Assembly (NCBI GenBank): GCA_008632985.1
Contig: QPGO01000301.1
Span: forward strand, 1 to 64,000
Reading direction: 5' to 3'
From: Psammoneis japonica
Lineage: Eukaryota
Length of the DNA: 64,000 bases
This document shows, one piece after another, positions 11,091-23,990 of this stretch. The translations under genes were made by a program, and so were the position numbers. The notes below the pieces were generated by a model. That model ran no database searches, was not told the DNA's origin, and was given only the letters and a program-made list of their open reading frames with translations. Numbering within the stretch: position 1 is the stretch's first letter; the number at the start of each line of letters is the position of its first letter.

Positions 11091-14000
11091 CATTGTCAAC
11101 AACAAATGAATGGCAAAAGAGAATGTAACCAACAATGCCAAGAGGCACTAAAGTGTGTCTTGTGAAGACACAGCATTGTCAGCAGAATGAGGGGCTTGCC
11201 GGTCAATGATCTGTTTTGACACTGGCCACACGTCAGCAATCCACATCAGCACTGTGCACCACAGACCTGCTGCACAGCAGATGCATCACTGCACACACGC
11301 ACAGCAGCATCACTTCCTGACATTCTTTTTGTCCATGACGTGTCATGGTGCAGATGCCGGCTTCTTTGCATGTGCCCATCTACAGCAGCTGCTTGTGCAG
11401 TGCCAGCAGCAGCAGCTGGCCAGAGCAGCAGCAGCAGATGGAGGGCCCCACCAGCACACACCTCGTGTGGTGCAGCACTGTGCATGGCATGCTGCACCTG
11501 CAAATTCTTCATCATTTGAGACATGGATTTTTGGGTCTTGAGGAGCTCACAACATTTGTCTTTTTCTTGGCCAATGTTCCATTGGATGGAATGAAGATGA
11601 CCTGTGCATTGAACATCTGCCACATTGTTTGCTGTGCAGTGTGTCTCATGACACAAACTTGCTCAACAGAAGAACAATCTCAAACCTGTCTCAAACAAAC
11701 ACAAAAATTCTGATGTCATCACTTCCAGGAATATCGTGCATGATGTTGTGATGGTTTTGACAGATGTTGTTCTCATGGCAACAGCCCAGAGACATCTGAG
11801 CACAGAGTTTTGGGAACAAGCCATGTCAGGATTTTTGCAAGAGCACTCTGAAGTTTGAAGCTCCCCACAACTCTTTTTTGCCAGCTCACTGCAACAAGCT
11901 CAGCCATCTTCATCATGTCTCAAGAGCTCACAACCAGTGCTCAGCTGGCTGCTCAAGGAACATGAGAACATGCACTTTTTCAAAACAGCATGATGCTCAA
12001 TTGCCCGCCAGTGGGGGCAAGTGGGGCAAGGTTGCCAAAAACCACCATGCTGGTGGCTTTGATGGCCATGCTCCTGTTCACGCTGTTGAGTCAATTGCAA
12101 GCATTTTCAGCTCCATCACAAGAAAGTCAGGATGGTGTCAAGTTTTCAAAATGGTGGGTTGAGCACACAACCAGCCAAAGGGCAGACATTGGCAATGGTG
12201 CGGAAAGGTTTGACCTTGTTTGTGGGCAAAAACCCAGCAAGTTGGATGATGTTTGTGGTGTGCTCAGCATGGGTCTGCCTGCAAACAAGCCAGCCTCTCC
12301 AGCTGAAGACAACAATTTTCTTCCTCAGCCAGACAAGGAAGGAAGATTTGGCTCCTGAGTTTGAAATGCCACCCCTTCCCAGTGAGGGCCATGTCATGGG
12401 TGCTCAAGCTCCTGCACCACCCCCTCAAGAAAAACCAAGAAGACCATGTGCCACTGGGCATCTGGCAAATCTTGCCAACACAGCTCCACATGCCAATGCA
12501 TGCAAGAGAGTGGTGCTGGCATGCCCAGCGGCATTGGCTCAGGGCATGGCATTTGCTCTTTTGGAGGTGTCTGTGGGGCAACCTTCTTCACAGCAGCACC
12601 CCTCAAGGCAGTGGCTTGGCACATCATGGTGCCAATTCCTTCAACTTGTGCACCCACCTCCTCTCATGTCCTTCTGCATTGTCAGGTGATTGCAGGTGTG
12701 CTGCAGCAAGTCCGGTGAGTGAGATGTCCAAACTTTTCCAGAAGCATCAGATGCATGTGGAGAAAGAGCATGGATGTCACAAGGAGGAGTGTTGCAAACA
12801 TGGTCAGATGACCAACATGTTGACTGGAGCAATTGCTGGTGCTCTTGTGACATGCATGCACTCCTCCTCTTGCTCTCATGATGATGATGAGCAAAAGCCA
12901 ACAAGTGTGTGTCATTGGGGCTGGGACTCAATTGTTGCAGTTTCATTTCAACAGTTTGCCACTGCCATTGTGTCAGCATCAGTTCACCAGGCAGTTTCAA
13001 CAGCAACTGTTGTGACCAACTGTCATGAGAGCTGTCTTGCTGCATTGTTTTGCATTGTTGTGCTGGCACAGCACAGTTTTCACAGCAAACCACACAAAAG
13101 ACTGTCATGGTCATGATGACAAGAAGTTGAAAAGTCATGCAGAGCAGAACCATCAGATGAATTGTGGTCCTGCACTCTCCCTGTTCTTTGCAGACAATCT
13201 TTTCTGTAATTTGTTGGTTGCTGCCTTGAATGGCCTGTGCATGCCCCGCTCAGAAAGCTGCCACACAGGTGTGGCATCTCAGCCAATGAGAAGGTCTTTG
13301 GCATTCATGGCATCTTGTTGAGATGATGTGATGAAGTGCTTTTTGTTGCTCAAATTTAAAGCAGAGTCCACCACTGCCTTTGCACCTGTTTCCGTGCACA
13401 CTTGCTCACACTTGTGGCAAATGAGGCCATTGTCAGCTTGCGCTGAGTCATGCCACACACTCCAGGGGATTGATGTGCTCTGCAAGTGAGAATCTTCCCT
13501 TTTGCACCAAAAAGAAAAACATGCTGTTCAAACAATGACCATGCATCCATCTGTCATTGAAAATTGTGCTCTGCATTCTGCCATCCTTGGAGGCTTCCAT
13601 GGGTGACTTGAGGCCATCAACCATCAGCCCAGACACCTTTGGTTTTCAGGAATGGGGCACTTTGGCTCTGTTGTGGTGATGCACCTCAACACCCTTGCTG
13701 CCAGTGAACTCTCTGCCTTTGTGTCAGGACAACCTTGCAAAGCAAAAAGAAGCACCATCATCCAAACTGTGAAAAGTCACACAAAACTGTGTTGCAGTGC
13801 TGGTCATTGTGCGAAGACCAAGAAACAGCCCCTTTTGTCCAACACCAAGCATCCAACAATGTGTCAATGGAATGTGACCTTTTGGGCAGTTCTTTGACAA
13901 ACCTTGCAGCAGTGCATGGTGTGTGCATGTCATGCAATGGTTGGAATGCATCCAATGGAGCCTCAAAGGCATCATGATGATCACGTCCTGCTGCTGCAGC

Positions 14001-16664
14001 AATGAGAGCTTGGTCATTGTTAAATTCATGCAAGTGCTGAAAGGTGGACGAACTCAGGCCCTGAAGACATGGGTGTGTGGGACATGCTTGTCTGTGCCTG
14101 CATCAACCCTCCATGGACAACATGCTCCTGAGTGAAACGCTGTTGTCCTGGTTTCTCACATGCTCCCCCATGATGAAAAAGGGTTGAGATCATTTGCAGG
14201 GTCAAGCATCGTTCATGCTGGCAACAACAATGGCACATGAGTGATTTTTGTGCCACACACCATGCAATTTTTCAGATGTCTGAGTGAAAACAAAGATTCG
14301 CTCTAAAGGTTTGTGTGCTCTGAAAAAGATTTAGATTGGTGGCCCAGGTGGGCAGCTAAAAATCTGTCAAAAACACACAAATCTGTGCATTTGTGCATTT
14401 GTTTTTCAGAGCAGCCCAGTGCTGCACATGCATGGCCCTGTCACAACAGGCCCTGCTTGTCAACTGCCAGGTCATTGTGACAATGAGCCAAGAGGAAACA
14501 TTCAGGACAATGCAATGGATGGACCAGGTCAGTGGCAAAGTTCGGGTTGTTTGGCTGGTGGCTGGTGGTGTCCATTGTGTTGTGAACATGGAGCCTGTCC
14601 ATGACACACTGTGTTGTTTTGATTGCAGTTGTTGCATGCCAAGCACAACTGTGCTCCAAATGTGGTGGTTTGCTTTGTGTCAGTTGTTTGTTCTGCCTTG
14701 TTGTTGTTGTTGTCTGCAAAGCAAAATGCAGCAGCGGCAGCATCATGTCAGTCATCAGAAGGAAATGTCAGGGAAGCACCATGTGGTGGTTCTTGTTTTT
14801 GCTTGGCACTGACTGCACTGACTGCACTGCTGCTGTTGCTGCTGTCATCATGGCTGTGGTGCAGTGGGTCATTCTTCTTGTCATGACAATGTGCGTGCAT
14901 CATTGTCTCCAAACCAACAACATTGGAGTGCATGACATCGCAACATCTGCACACATGACAAAAATGTGTTGCTGCATTATAAAATCTACTTGTCCACACA
15001 TGACGGTTTTTGTCATTTAGTTGATCATCAATCTCCTGCTGTTCTTCATGTTTGAACACAGATGTTTTTTAATTTTTGTGCTCTGCCTTTTTCACAACAA
15101 CCAACGATCTTCAACGACAAGCCAAACATTGCAGTTGCATGCAATGGCATTTTCATCATGTGAAGTGTGCACCAATTGTTCAATCAACAACTGTGCTCCA
15201 ATTTGCCTGGTCGTCCGCATCGTCCTCTTCATTCCACATGTCTTGTCCGCTCTCTTGCAAGAATTTCAAATGTGCCGCTGCCGCGTTGGATGTTTCCTTG
15301 TCACCGTTCCAAAAAAGCCACACTGCATTTCTTGCATTTGGGTGAACATCATCGAGAGGAAGAGGTCCCTCGAAATGCAGAATCGCATCACTGCTCCCCT
15401 CTTGACGCCGTGTCATCTGCTTCTTTTTCTCTTTCTTCATTTTGCCCGTCCCATTTTTCTCTTCCTTCTTCGTCTTGGGCGCCGCCTGTTTTCACCGTCT
15501 CCGGCGTCTTTCCATCCGAATCCTTCTTTTTCATCGATCCCGTTGCCGTCACCTTCATTGTGTGTCACTTTGTTTTGGATCCATGTTTCTGACTTCTCTC
15601 CATGCTGTCTCCATTTCCGAGTGTTTCTTTGTGATTGTTCGCATGCGTCACTTGAAGGCACCCACATGTTCTTCACGCACCTTAACGCGCATGCAGAAAT
15701 CCATGTTGTTTTCCAGCACGTGCACCCTTTCTCCTGATGCATGTTTGCACAACATTTTCTTCCATCAATTCTACACTCCGCATTGCCCTTTCCCGGTGCA
15801 ATCTCACGCAGGATTTCTCTGGGAGAAGTTGCATGTGCGTCTGGCAGGTTTTTGTGTTTGAAACTCCACATCCCACCAGGTGCGCATGTGACTTCTCCCA
15901 CGCACCACTCTGGCACATTTCTGTAGAAACCAGAATTTTGTGACTGACGCACGACCAATCTGGTGAATGCAATGGCGGACCCACGACCACAACAATCAGA
16001 GCATTGGAAGAAAACCATGTCAGATGAACTCTTTCTGTCCACTGATGAGGATTTCCATTGCCGGATGATGGAGACAGTTGATGGTTTTGTTCACGCTGAC
16101 GCTGCTCGTTGTTCGGAGGAACAGAGAGCAAAGGATGCAAAGGCTGCTGTGTCAAGATCGGCAGAAGCAATGGCAGAAGCCCGTTGTGCCGTTGTGGCTG
16201 CAACGACCACACTTGAGAGTGCTTTGTCAAATCAAGCAACAACCACTCGCAAATTTAAGCACATCCATGCGCAGTGCATCAAGTCATCAATCCAGACACA
16301 CTGTTCAGACAATGACTGTGTTGTTGCAGTGGAAAATTGCAGCGAAGCGGAAATGAGTTTCCAACACTTTCTTCACGGCAATGCATTTGACGCAAAAGAG
16401 CTGGGGCTCCCAATCTCCATTGCAGGACATCAAAAATCAGAATGCAGGCTAAACATGCTGCACAGCTGTGACTCGACCTTGCTTCTGAGAAGCCTCAGGG
16501 CAAATTCTGACACAGATGCCACAAGAGCAGCAGAGAGGGAGTTTTCTGCGATTGACAGCATCAACAAATCCATCCACCACCGTGCCGTGCCACTCCTTCG
16601 AAGGCGACATCTAACACATCTGCAGTGCGTCCTGAAGGACACAATCACGTTGCTCCACGAGGCC

Positions 16665-16942
16665 TGACAGGATTTGAACAGGATTTGGGTGCGCGCGAAA
16701 TGTCGCGCGCTGTTTAGTTTTCCGCGTGCAGTTTTGTGTGCTCTTTAGTTCCGCGCGCACGCGCGCGATGTAGTTTGCTTTCGAGCCACACGGCTCACAA
16801 GAATGATGACAGCAGCCCGATTGCACCGACTTGCACATCTTTTGGCTCCTGTGACGGTCTCTGAGCGGAGACTCATCTGCCATTTAGACAGCAGCAAGGA
16901 GTTGTTGTTTGAATTCTTGCCATTTGCCTTCAATTTCTGTCA
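16665..16942 (+). repeat. 5' LTR (278 bp)
   Basis: Direct repeat of 19580-19857; inverted termini TGACAG/CTGTCA. Confidence 0.92.
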
Positions 16943-17894
16943 GATTGACAGTCTTGCTCATTGTCAACCCATTGAGCAACCGTCATTGTCGTCGTTGATT
17001 TGCCGACGACGCTGTTTCAATTCTGCGTGGACCTCCGCATGTGTTCTGCGTACATCGGCAAGTCTGCGTGCATTCAATGCCAGGCATCGGCAGGAATTTA
17101 ACGTCACCGTCAAGTCTCCTCACCGCTGGACATCTGGATTGATTGTGCCACTTCTTGTCGCTGAAGACACACATTCAACGGTTGCATCCAAGTCCATCCT
17201 TGATCCTCATCCCTTGACACACCCGTTCAACGGTTAACGGTCAAGAACCCTGCATGTTCAAGGATCTTTGTTGCTGAAGACATGCACACATGTGTCTTCA
17301 CGGCCAAGGACTTGAACCCACTCTTTGGACTGCGGCTTTGCTGCCACTCTACAAGCACACCGAGTCCATTGCACCTGAACTGCCCCGGACTGCTGGTGCT
17401 CCACAGTTCCACTGGGTCCACGAGGACGACTGTGAGAGCAAGCAGCCGTGATTGCAGCCTGCGTTGGGGCGAGGGTGTTTTTCCCGCGTTTGTTCGTTCG
17501 TCCACAGCGCCTGACGCCTGCGTCAACTGGCCAGCCTGATCAGGAAATCCAACCAACATAAAATGAGAACGGTTCGGGGGTCTTGTTCACCTCTGGTTGG
17601 CTTGCCTGCAGGGGTTTACAACCCGCTGCTCCGCTCGCAAGCAACCCAAAGCGCCGCTGGCTGCGGGTTCGGACGTGCCGGCACAACTCTACGGACCGGA
17701 CAGGAAGTTTGGCACTCAACAACGAACAGGACAACACAACCCAGCGACTTCTGATTTTAAGACAATTCAAGATTTCAAGTCAAGTCTGTTTCAAGTCAAG
17801 TCTTTTCCAAGCCAAGTTGCGAGTCAAAACTCCGAGTCAAGACCGCACTCTAGATTGGTTCCTGTCTTTTGTTTCTGCTGCACCATCCTCCGTC

Positions 17895-19436
17895 ATGGTT
17901 CTCACGCGACAGCAACAAACCGAAAGCTTCAAATGCATTCTAGGCACTGTGCTCAATCAAGACGATGACAGCCCTCTTCGTTCTGCCCTGTCCATCAATG
18001 GGATTGAATCATGTGAGGAATTGTTCACGTTCTCACCCACCCAAATTGACGCCCTCACTTGCAGAGACGGCACCAATGTAGTTCCTTTGCCACGGACCCA
18101 CAGAAACCTCCTGGCAGCTTTGATCAGCTTCTACTTTGTCAAAGTTTGCAACAGTGATGATGTGACCAATGAACCCCAGTTGCTCACACCCGACGAATTT
18201 TGCAACTACCGCCTTGGTCCGGACTGCTTGACCTCTCCAGCCACTGGCGCAGCACCCTCCGCACCTGTGCCGAGTCCCTTGCCATCCAAACCAGGTGAAC
18301 CCAGCGCCATTTTGACACCAGCCTTGCACTGTGCCGCCACTCAGGTGCCCCCAAGAAGTGGTGTCAGTCGCGCCCCGCATGTCTTGACCAACCCGCCTGC
18401 AAGCAAACTCGGCCCAGTGCAGGATTGCAGCCCTTGCGCAGGCCCGCACTTCGAAACCAGTTGGGGCACTCCACCCATGGCTTCCAAAGCCGCAGCCTTT
18501 GCACCCCGCAAACCACGTGCTGCCGACCTCCACGTGTTGACCGCTGTCACCCTTCACGACCTTCATTTGGGAAGTGATGGAGATGACAACTTGCTTCTCG
18601 TATCTCCTGATGGGGAGCCTCCTTTTCCCATCATTGAATCTGTTCACAACAGTTCAACCGGTTCATCAGATGGGGAGTTCAGGACACCCAAGCAGCTTCG
18701 TTGTTTTTGGATCCTCCAAGCATCGCACCACGAGACGAGGCCTCCTGATTGGATGCCCCAAGTCTCGCACCTTGAGACTGGGCCTCCTGACTGGAAGCCT
18801 CAAGTCTCGTGCCTCGAGACCAGGCCTCCGGATTGGATGCCTCAAGTCTCATGCCTTGAGATCAGGCCTCCTGACTGGATGTCTCAAGTCTCGTGCCTCG
18901 AGACTGGGCCTCCTGGTTGGATGCCTCAAGTCTCGTACCTCAAGACCAGGCCTCCTGACTGGATGCCCCAAGTCTCGTACCTCGAGACCAGGCCTCCGGA
19001 TTGGATCCCTCAAGTCTCGCACCTTGAGACTGGGCCTCCTGACTGGATGCCTCAAGTCTCGTACCTCGAGACCAGGCCTCCGGACTGGATGCCCCAAGTC
19101 TCGTGCCTTGCCTCCAGTTGCCCCAAGTCTCGCACCTCGAGACCAGGCCTCCAGATTGGATGCCTCAAGTCTCGTGCCTCGAGACTGGGCCTCCTGGTTG
19201 GATGCCTCAAGTCTCGTGCCTCGAGACTGGGCCTCCTGACTGGATGCCCCAAGTCTCGTACCTCGAGACCAGGCCTCCGGACTGGATGCCCCAAGTCTCG
19301 TGCCTTGCCTCCAGTTGCCCCAAGTCTCGCACCTCGAGACCAGGCCTCCAGATTGGATGCCTCAAGTCTCGTGCCTCGAGACTGGGCCTCCTGGTTGGAT
19401 GCCTCAAGTGTCACACCTCGAGACTGGGCCTCCTGA
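17895..19436 (+). CDS. gag-like N-terminus, Pro-rich linker and 14-aa repeat ORF
   Basis: MVLTRQQQTESFKCILGTVLNQDDDSPLRSALSINGIES... resembles diatom Copia gag N-termini (recalled); runs into ETRPPDWMPQVSxL repeats. Confidence 0.5.
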   Translation: MVLTRQQQTESFKCILGTVLNQDDDSPLRSALSINGIESCEELFTFSPTQIDALTCRDGTNVVPLPRTHRNLLAALISFYFVKVCNSDDVTNEPQLLTPDEFCNYRLGPDCLTSPATGAAPSAPVPSPLPSKPGEPSAILTPALHCAATQVPPRSGVSRAPHVLTNPPASKLGPVQDCSPCAGPHFETSWGTPPMASKAAAFAPRKPRAADLHVLTAVTLHDLHLGSDGDDNLLLVSPDGEPPFPIIESVHNSSTGSSDGEFRTPKQLRCFWILQASHHETRPPDWMPQVSHLETGPPDWKPQVSCLETRPPDWMPQVSCLEIRPPDWMSQVSCLETGPPGWMPQVSYLKTRPPDWMPQVSYLETRPPDWIPQVSHLETGPPDWMPQVSYLETRPPDWMPQVSCLASSCPKSRTSRPGLQIGCLKSRASRLGLLVGCLKSRASRLGLLTGCPKSRTSRPGLRTGCPKSRALPPVAPSLAPRDQASRLDASSLVPRDWASWLDASSVTPRDWAS

Positions 19437-19545
19437 CTGGATGCCCCAAGTCTTGCATCTCGAGACCAGGCCTCCGGATTGGATGCCTCAAGTCTCGTGC
19501 CTTGAGACTGGGCCTCCTGACTGGATGCCTCAAGTCTCGTGCCTC
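18732..19545 (+). repeat. 42-bp tandem array, 20 units (2 shortened)
   Basis: Unit gagac(ca/tg)ggcctcctgactggatgcctcaagtctcg(ta/tg/ca)cctc. Confidence 0.95.
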
Positions 19546-19579
19546 GATGTTTCTGTGACTCCTCAAGCAAACTGGGGAG

Positions 19580-19857
19580 TGACAGGATTTGATCAGGATT
19601 CAGGTGCGCGCGAAATGTCGCGTGCTGTTTAGTTTGCCGCGCACAGTTTTGTGTGCTCTTTGGTTCTGCGCACACGCGCGCGATGTGGTTTGCTTTCGAG
19701 CCACACGGCTCACAAGAACAACAACAGTGGCCCGATTGTGCCAACTTGCACGTCTTTCGGCTCCTGCAACGGTCTCTGAGCGGAGACTCATCTGCTGTTT
19801 AGACAGCAGCAAGGAGTTGTTGTTTGAATTCTTGCCATTTGCCTTCAATTTCTGTCA
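19580..19857 (+). repeat. 3' LTR (278 bp)
   Basis: Direct repeat of 16665-16942, followed by TSD AGGCC. Confidence 0.92.
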
Positions 19858-20482
19858 AGGCCCTCGACGATTTGACAAGGAAAGACATTGCCTTGCAGTG
19901 ACAGTGGCAAGCTTTGTATGATCTGAGGCCAGGCACAGATCAAATGCGGGGAGGGACATGGACCACGATCCGGGCTGTGGACAAAGAAGCTGTGGCAAGA
20001 GAAAGGGTCCTGCAGTTGGCATTGCAAGTCAAGGCACAATTGGTGGCTGTCAACCAGCCTGACCACAGCACCGACTTTCAGCAGGTGATTGTGGCTGCCA
20101 GGGAACATTTCATGGCACAGGATGACCAAATGGACCGTGCAAGTGGACACTGCATAGAATCCATGAGGAAGCAATTTCTCCAAAACTGCACACATCTGAC
20201 TTTGCCAATTCTGAAAGGATCAAATTCATCATGTTTGCAAGAAAGAGTGAGGAAATCACTGTGAGTGAATGACAGATTGACACACGCATCCTGTTTTAGA
20301 AACAAATCTGACCAGCACTTCCTTCTGTCCTGTGCAGCCCAAACAAACAGGGCCTTTTCTTGCACTTCTGCTGCTCCTGGACATTCTTCATAAACCAAAG
20401 CATTGTCCCCAATTGCTTCGACAGGGACAGTGCATAACTCAGGTGAGTGCTGAGTCTTCTCAGGCATTGAAAGCCAGTTGTT

Positions 20483-23400
20483 TCATTTGTGATCAAGCTG
20501 CCAGCAACCAACCAAGTCTGCATGCTGATGCCGTTGCCTCACAGTTCTCTGGTCAGCTTGACAAGCAGTTGGATGGACCACTGCAAAAATCGATCCTGTG
20601 TCTTCCTGCACGAAAAAACACAGCAAATGGGAGGGAAACTGTTGATCGCCCTTTTGTGTGCCAAAGGTCACACAGGCAAAGTCATGCCATGGTCCTTTGC
20701 TTTTGCAATTGGGGTGCGCACGGCACGCATCCCTCCCATTTGCATTGCAAAACTCTGTCTTGCAAGTCAGGTGTGTGTTTTCACTGTCTTCACCAACACA
20801 ATCCTCCCACTTTTCCGACATGAAGTTCAGCAACACAGGATGAACTTGGCAACGAGCGTGCAAGCTGTTCCACACAAACGTCACAGCGCTGATCCCTTGG
20901 TTGCAGGTGAGAGTGGACACACTTCCTCCCAGCATGTGATTGTCCGTCCTGACTCTTGATGATTCCTTTTTCCCATTTGGCAAAATCCAGCCATTGGCTG
21001 AAATTGCGGCGTTGAGCCTCATTTGGTCCTCCACACATGACACGACCTGCTTCAGAAAACTGTTGAGGTTGCATTGTTGTGTGGCAGATGACGGCAGTTT
21101 GAAAAAGTCTTTCAAGAGACATTCCCCCAAGCCTGCGTCAAAGTTCATCGCATGTCGGCAACAACAAAGAAACACTGGGAGATGGAGTGTTTCATGAAGC
21201 TTTTGAAGCTTCCACCCGCACCCTTCTGTTCGCGGGACAAATTGCACCACCCGGTCAATGAGGAGACGGATTTTCTTGTTCATTTTCTGAACAGATGAAC
21301 TGGGAGTTACGCTTGTGATGGGTGGATCGCCTGGCCTGTGCCATGCGTGGAAGACAAGAAGGTCCTCGAGCAATTAAATGAATTGCCGGACGCTGCAGTC
21401 AAGTCTTTTTCCCTTGTGTCCTCAGCCTCACTCTCCTCTTTCTCATCCTCATTTTCGTCCCAGTCACCCTCTTCGGACTCCTCCGACCTTTCATCGTCAG
21501 AGTCGTCCAAGCACTCACCAGGTTGGCAGCAACTCTGAAAGTTTGCTTTGGGTGTCTTGCGATTCTCTGGAACAATGGGTTCGTCTGCGTCCTCGTCAAG
21601 GAAGCATGACTCACATGCGTTTCGTCCCTCGCTGGCCAACAGGAGAAGGTAGAAAACAAAAGCCATTCCAGCCCAGCAGTGAGAGTTGAGGAAGGCAAGC
21701 GATGTTGCTCCTCCTTTGAAGTTTGTTCGCAAAAAGGATGCTTTGTAAGTTGACCGGTGATTGCTGAAAATCCTTTCCACTGTGCTGTCCACCTCACTTG
21801 CGACCACAGGTGTCATGCTGTCTACAAATGAATTGATTGCCCTTTTCAAGGTGCCGTTTTCAAAGAGATGCATCATGTCGCTTGCTGTCGCAAGGGCAAT
21901 GCCCCATGGTTGTGCGCCAAAGTCTGCCTCAAAAAGACAGTTGGCAGGTGCGTTGTGTTGCTTGAGGCAATGCAAGATGCCCAACCAGTGCTTCCTTTCT
22001 TGGTCTGATCTGTTGTTGTTGTTGGCCTTGGTTTGCACTTGGTGGAGATCCAGTCCTCGGATGAACTCGCATTCAATCCATGGGTCGTCCAGTTTGTTGA
22101 AGCCAGTGAGGCAAAAACAACAGCAACGTTGACGACAGTTGTGACCTCCGTGTCGTCCGACAAGACAGTCGCCGCTTTTTGCGTCTCCTATGATCAGAAC
22201 GATCAGCGGGATTGCATGGAGGTGTTGCATCTCATCCCCTCGTTGCACGCATGTTTTCATGCCTCCTTTTCTCATGACTTCCAAAAGTGGCTCCAAAATG
22301 ACACGCAAGCAAGTGTGGCAGTCTCTTGACGAGCGTCCCTTCTCCGCCTTGCGATTGTTTGAGAGATTCTTTGCCGCAGATGACGACATCTTTTCCAAAT
22401 CCGGGAGACAACCAATTGGTTTCCAGACACTCTTGTCCGACCATTTGTTGAAGGCAACATGCGCAGAGGTCATGATCACTGGTTCTCCGCAATGTGATCC
22501 CATCCCTTGTGTCCTGCCAGTCTTGTCGAGGTGAATGACATTGCACTCAAGAAATTGTTTCTCCGGGTCAGTTGTCCGTTCTTCGTGACTGCGCCTGCAC
22601 CACTCACCCGCCAAAAGGCACTTGTCATCCGGTCCCTTTGCTTTGCACTTCCCAAAAGAACAGTCTGGATTGGCCATGTTCTCTCTGCTGCACCGCAGGT
22701 GAGGATCGAGCAAAAACTGTTCCCAAACCTTTGTGAAATCCCATCTTGGCACTGACACTCGTTTTGGCAAACCGGTTTTGAAATTTTTGGTTTCTAGAGT
22801 GACAGGAATGGACTCGCTGGGTGGAAGAGGGAAATGCTCAGTTAAGGTGCGCATCAACTCTTTTCTCCTTGGCAGAACTGCACCAAGCTCAATGTTGCTG
22901 TTGCCAGTGTGCCTCTCAATGAAATCAACAATGCAGTCACACAATTCCAGGGGAGCACCACGTGTGTCCATGAGCTTCTTGCACAACTCTGTGCAAGCTC
23001 CATCAAGATTTGTCAAAGAGGGAGCAGAAGCCAAGGCCTCTTCTGCAGGAGCATCATGCCTGATCCCCAAACGTTGATCCTCATCATCAATGTCCTCTTC
23101 CTCCTCCATTGTCACGTCCAACACTGCAGCAAAGGATTGACCACCGCCAACATCCAAATCGTTCATTGCCAAAAGTTCAACTCCTTGCATGCTGTGGTTT
23201 GATGAAATGGAGGACATGTCGTCCATTCCGTGCGGCGCGTCATCCAGGGAGGGGAACAAGGGGCTGCTGCTTGGATCACTCGTTGAAGATCTTGGGAATC
23301 TGCTGTGAGTGGATCGCCTTGGATGGGATTTGTCATCATCAGAGGACAAAGAGGAAGAACCACCGCTTTCTTTGGGTGGCCCCTCCATTGTGGCAGGAGT

Positions 23401-23487
23401 GTCACTTTGATCTGGGATCAGATCTTGGGTTTGCAACTCTTGGGCAACTGAGTGACACGTTGGTGAGTGTCTCCAATGGCAGGCCAT
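20483..23487 (-). mobile_element. Plavaka-like transposase, frameshifted near 21.37 kb and hypermutated
   Basis: IHLDKT...GEPV...WKPIGCLP...CHTCLRVILEPL...LIIGDAKSGD...SDMMHLFENG...WKLQKLHETLH...NFDAGLGE...CRAHPNCKSKGPWHDFACV follows the Plavaka motif order, with Y>C/H. Confidence 0.72.
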
Positions 23488-23990
23488 TCACAAAAAACTT
23501 TGGCCACAACCGGGGCAGAGAAGAGGGTTTCCGTCCATTGTAAATCAGACAACATTGACAGGGCCTTCATCAAGACTCATGCTTGTTGTCCTTGTCTTGT
23601 GGATGAGAAGGGAAAAAAAGAACAACACGCAAAAAATGGCGGGAAATTGGCAAACATTGCATCATCTTGCAGATTTGGATGATTCTCACAGGCATGACGT
23701 GTCTGCATTTTGACATTTTATCTGGCATCCACAATGAATGTTGTGCTTTTCATTCACTGTCAAAATGCAGGATGTCATCTCCGTTGAAATGCAATGACAG
23801 CCATGTCAAAAAGCAAGTTGGACCATTCGTTGTTGTGTGCAAATACATTTTCAAATTTCAATGTTGCTGACAACAATTTGTGCAATGTCACAGAGAAAAA
23901 TAGAGTGCCTGGCTGTCTCAACATGACCCAAACGACGGTTGCACTGTCGAACAGTGCCACTCCTCTCATTGTTGCCGTGAAAAGATCAAG

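Larger units (their letters stand above)
16665..19857 (+). mobile_element. Non-autonomous LTR retroelement (~3.2 kb)
   Basis: Two 278-bp direct repeats TGACAG...CTGTCA; 5-bp TSD AGGCC on both sides; purine tract (actggggag) just before the right LTR; no pol. Confidence 0.92.
15963..20264 (+). pseudogene. Unknown ORF interrupted by the LTR element at 16665-19857
   Basis: Removing the element and one AGGCC joins ...TITLLHEA to LDDLTRKDIALQ*QWQALYDLRPG... in frame; the single TGA plausibly derives from CGA. Confidence 0.6.

Noticed and set aside
18732..19545. Regular 42-bp array as a CRISPR array
   Set aside because: Head-to-tail units with no unique spacers, no cas genes, inside a eukaryotic LTR element.
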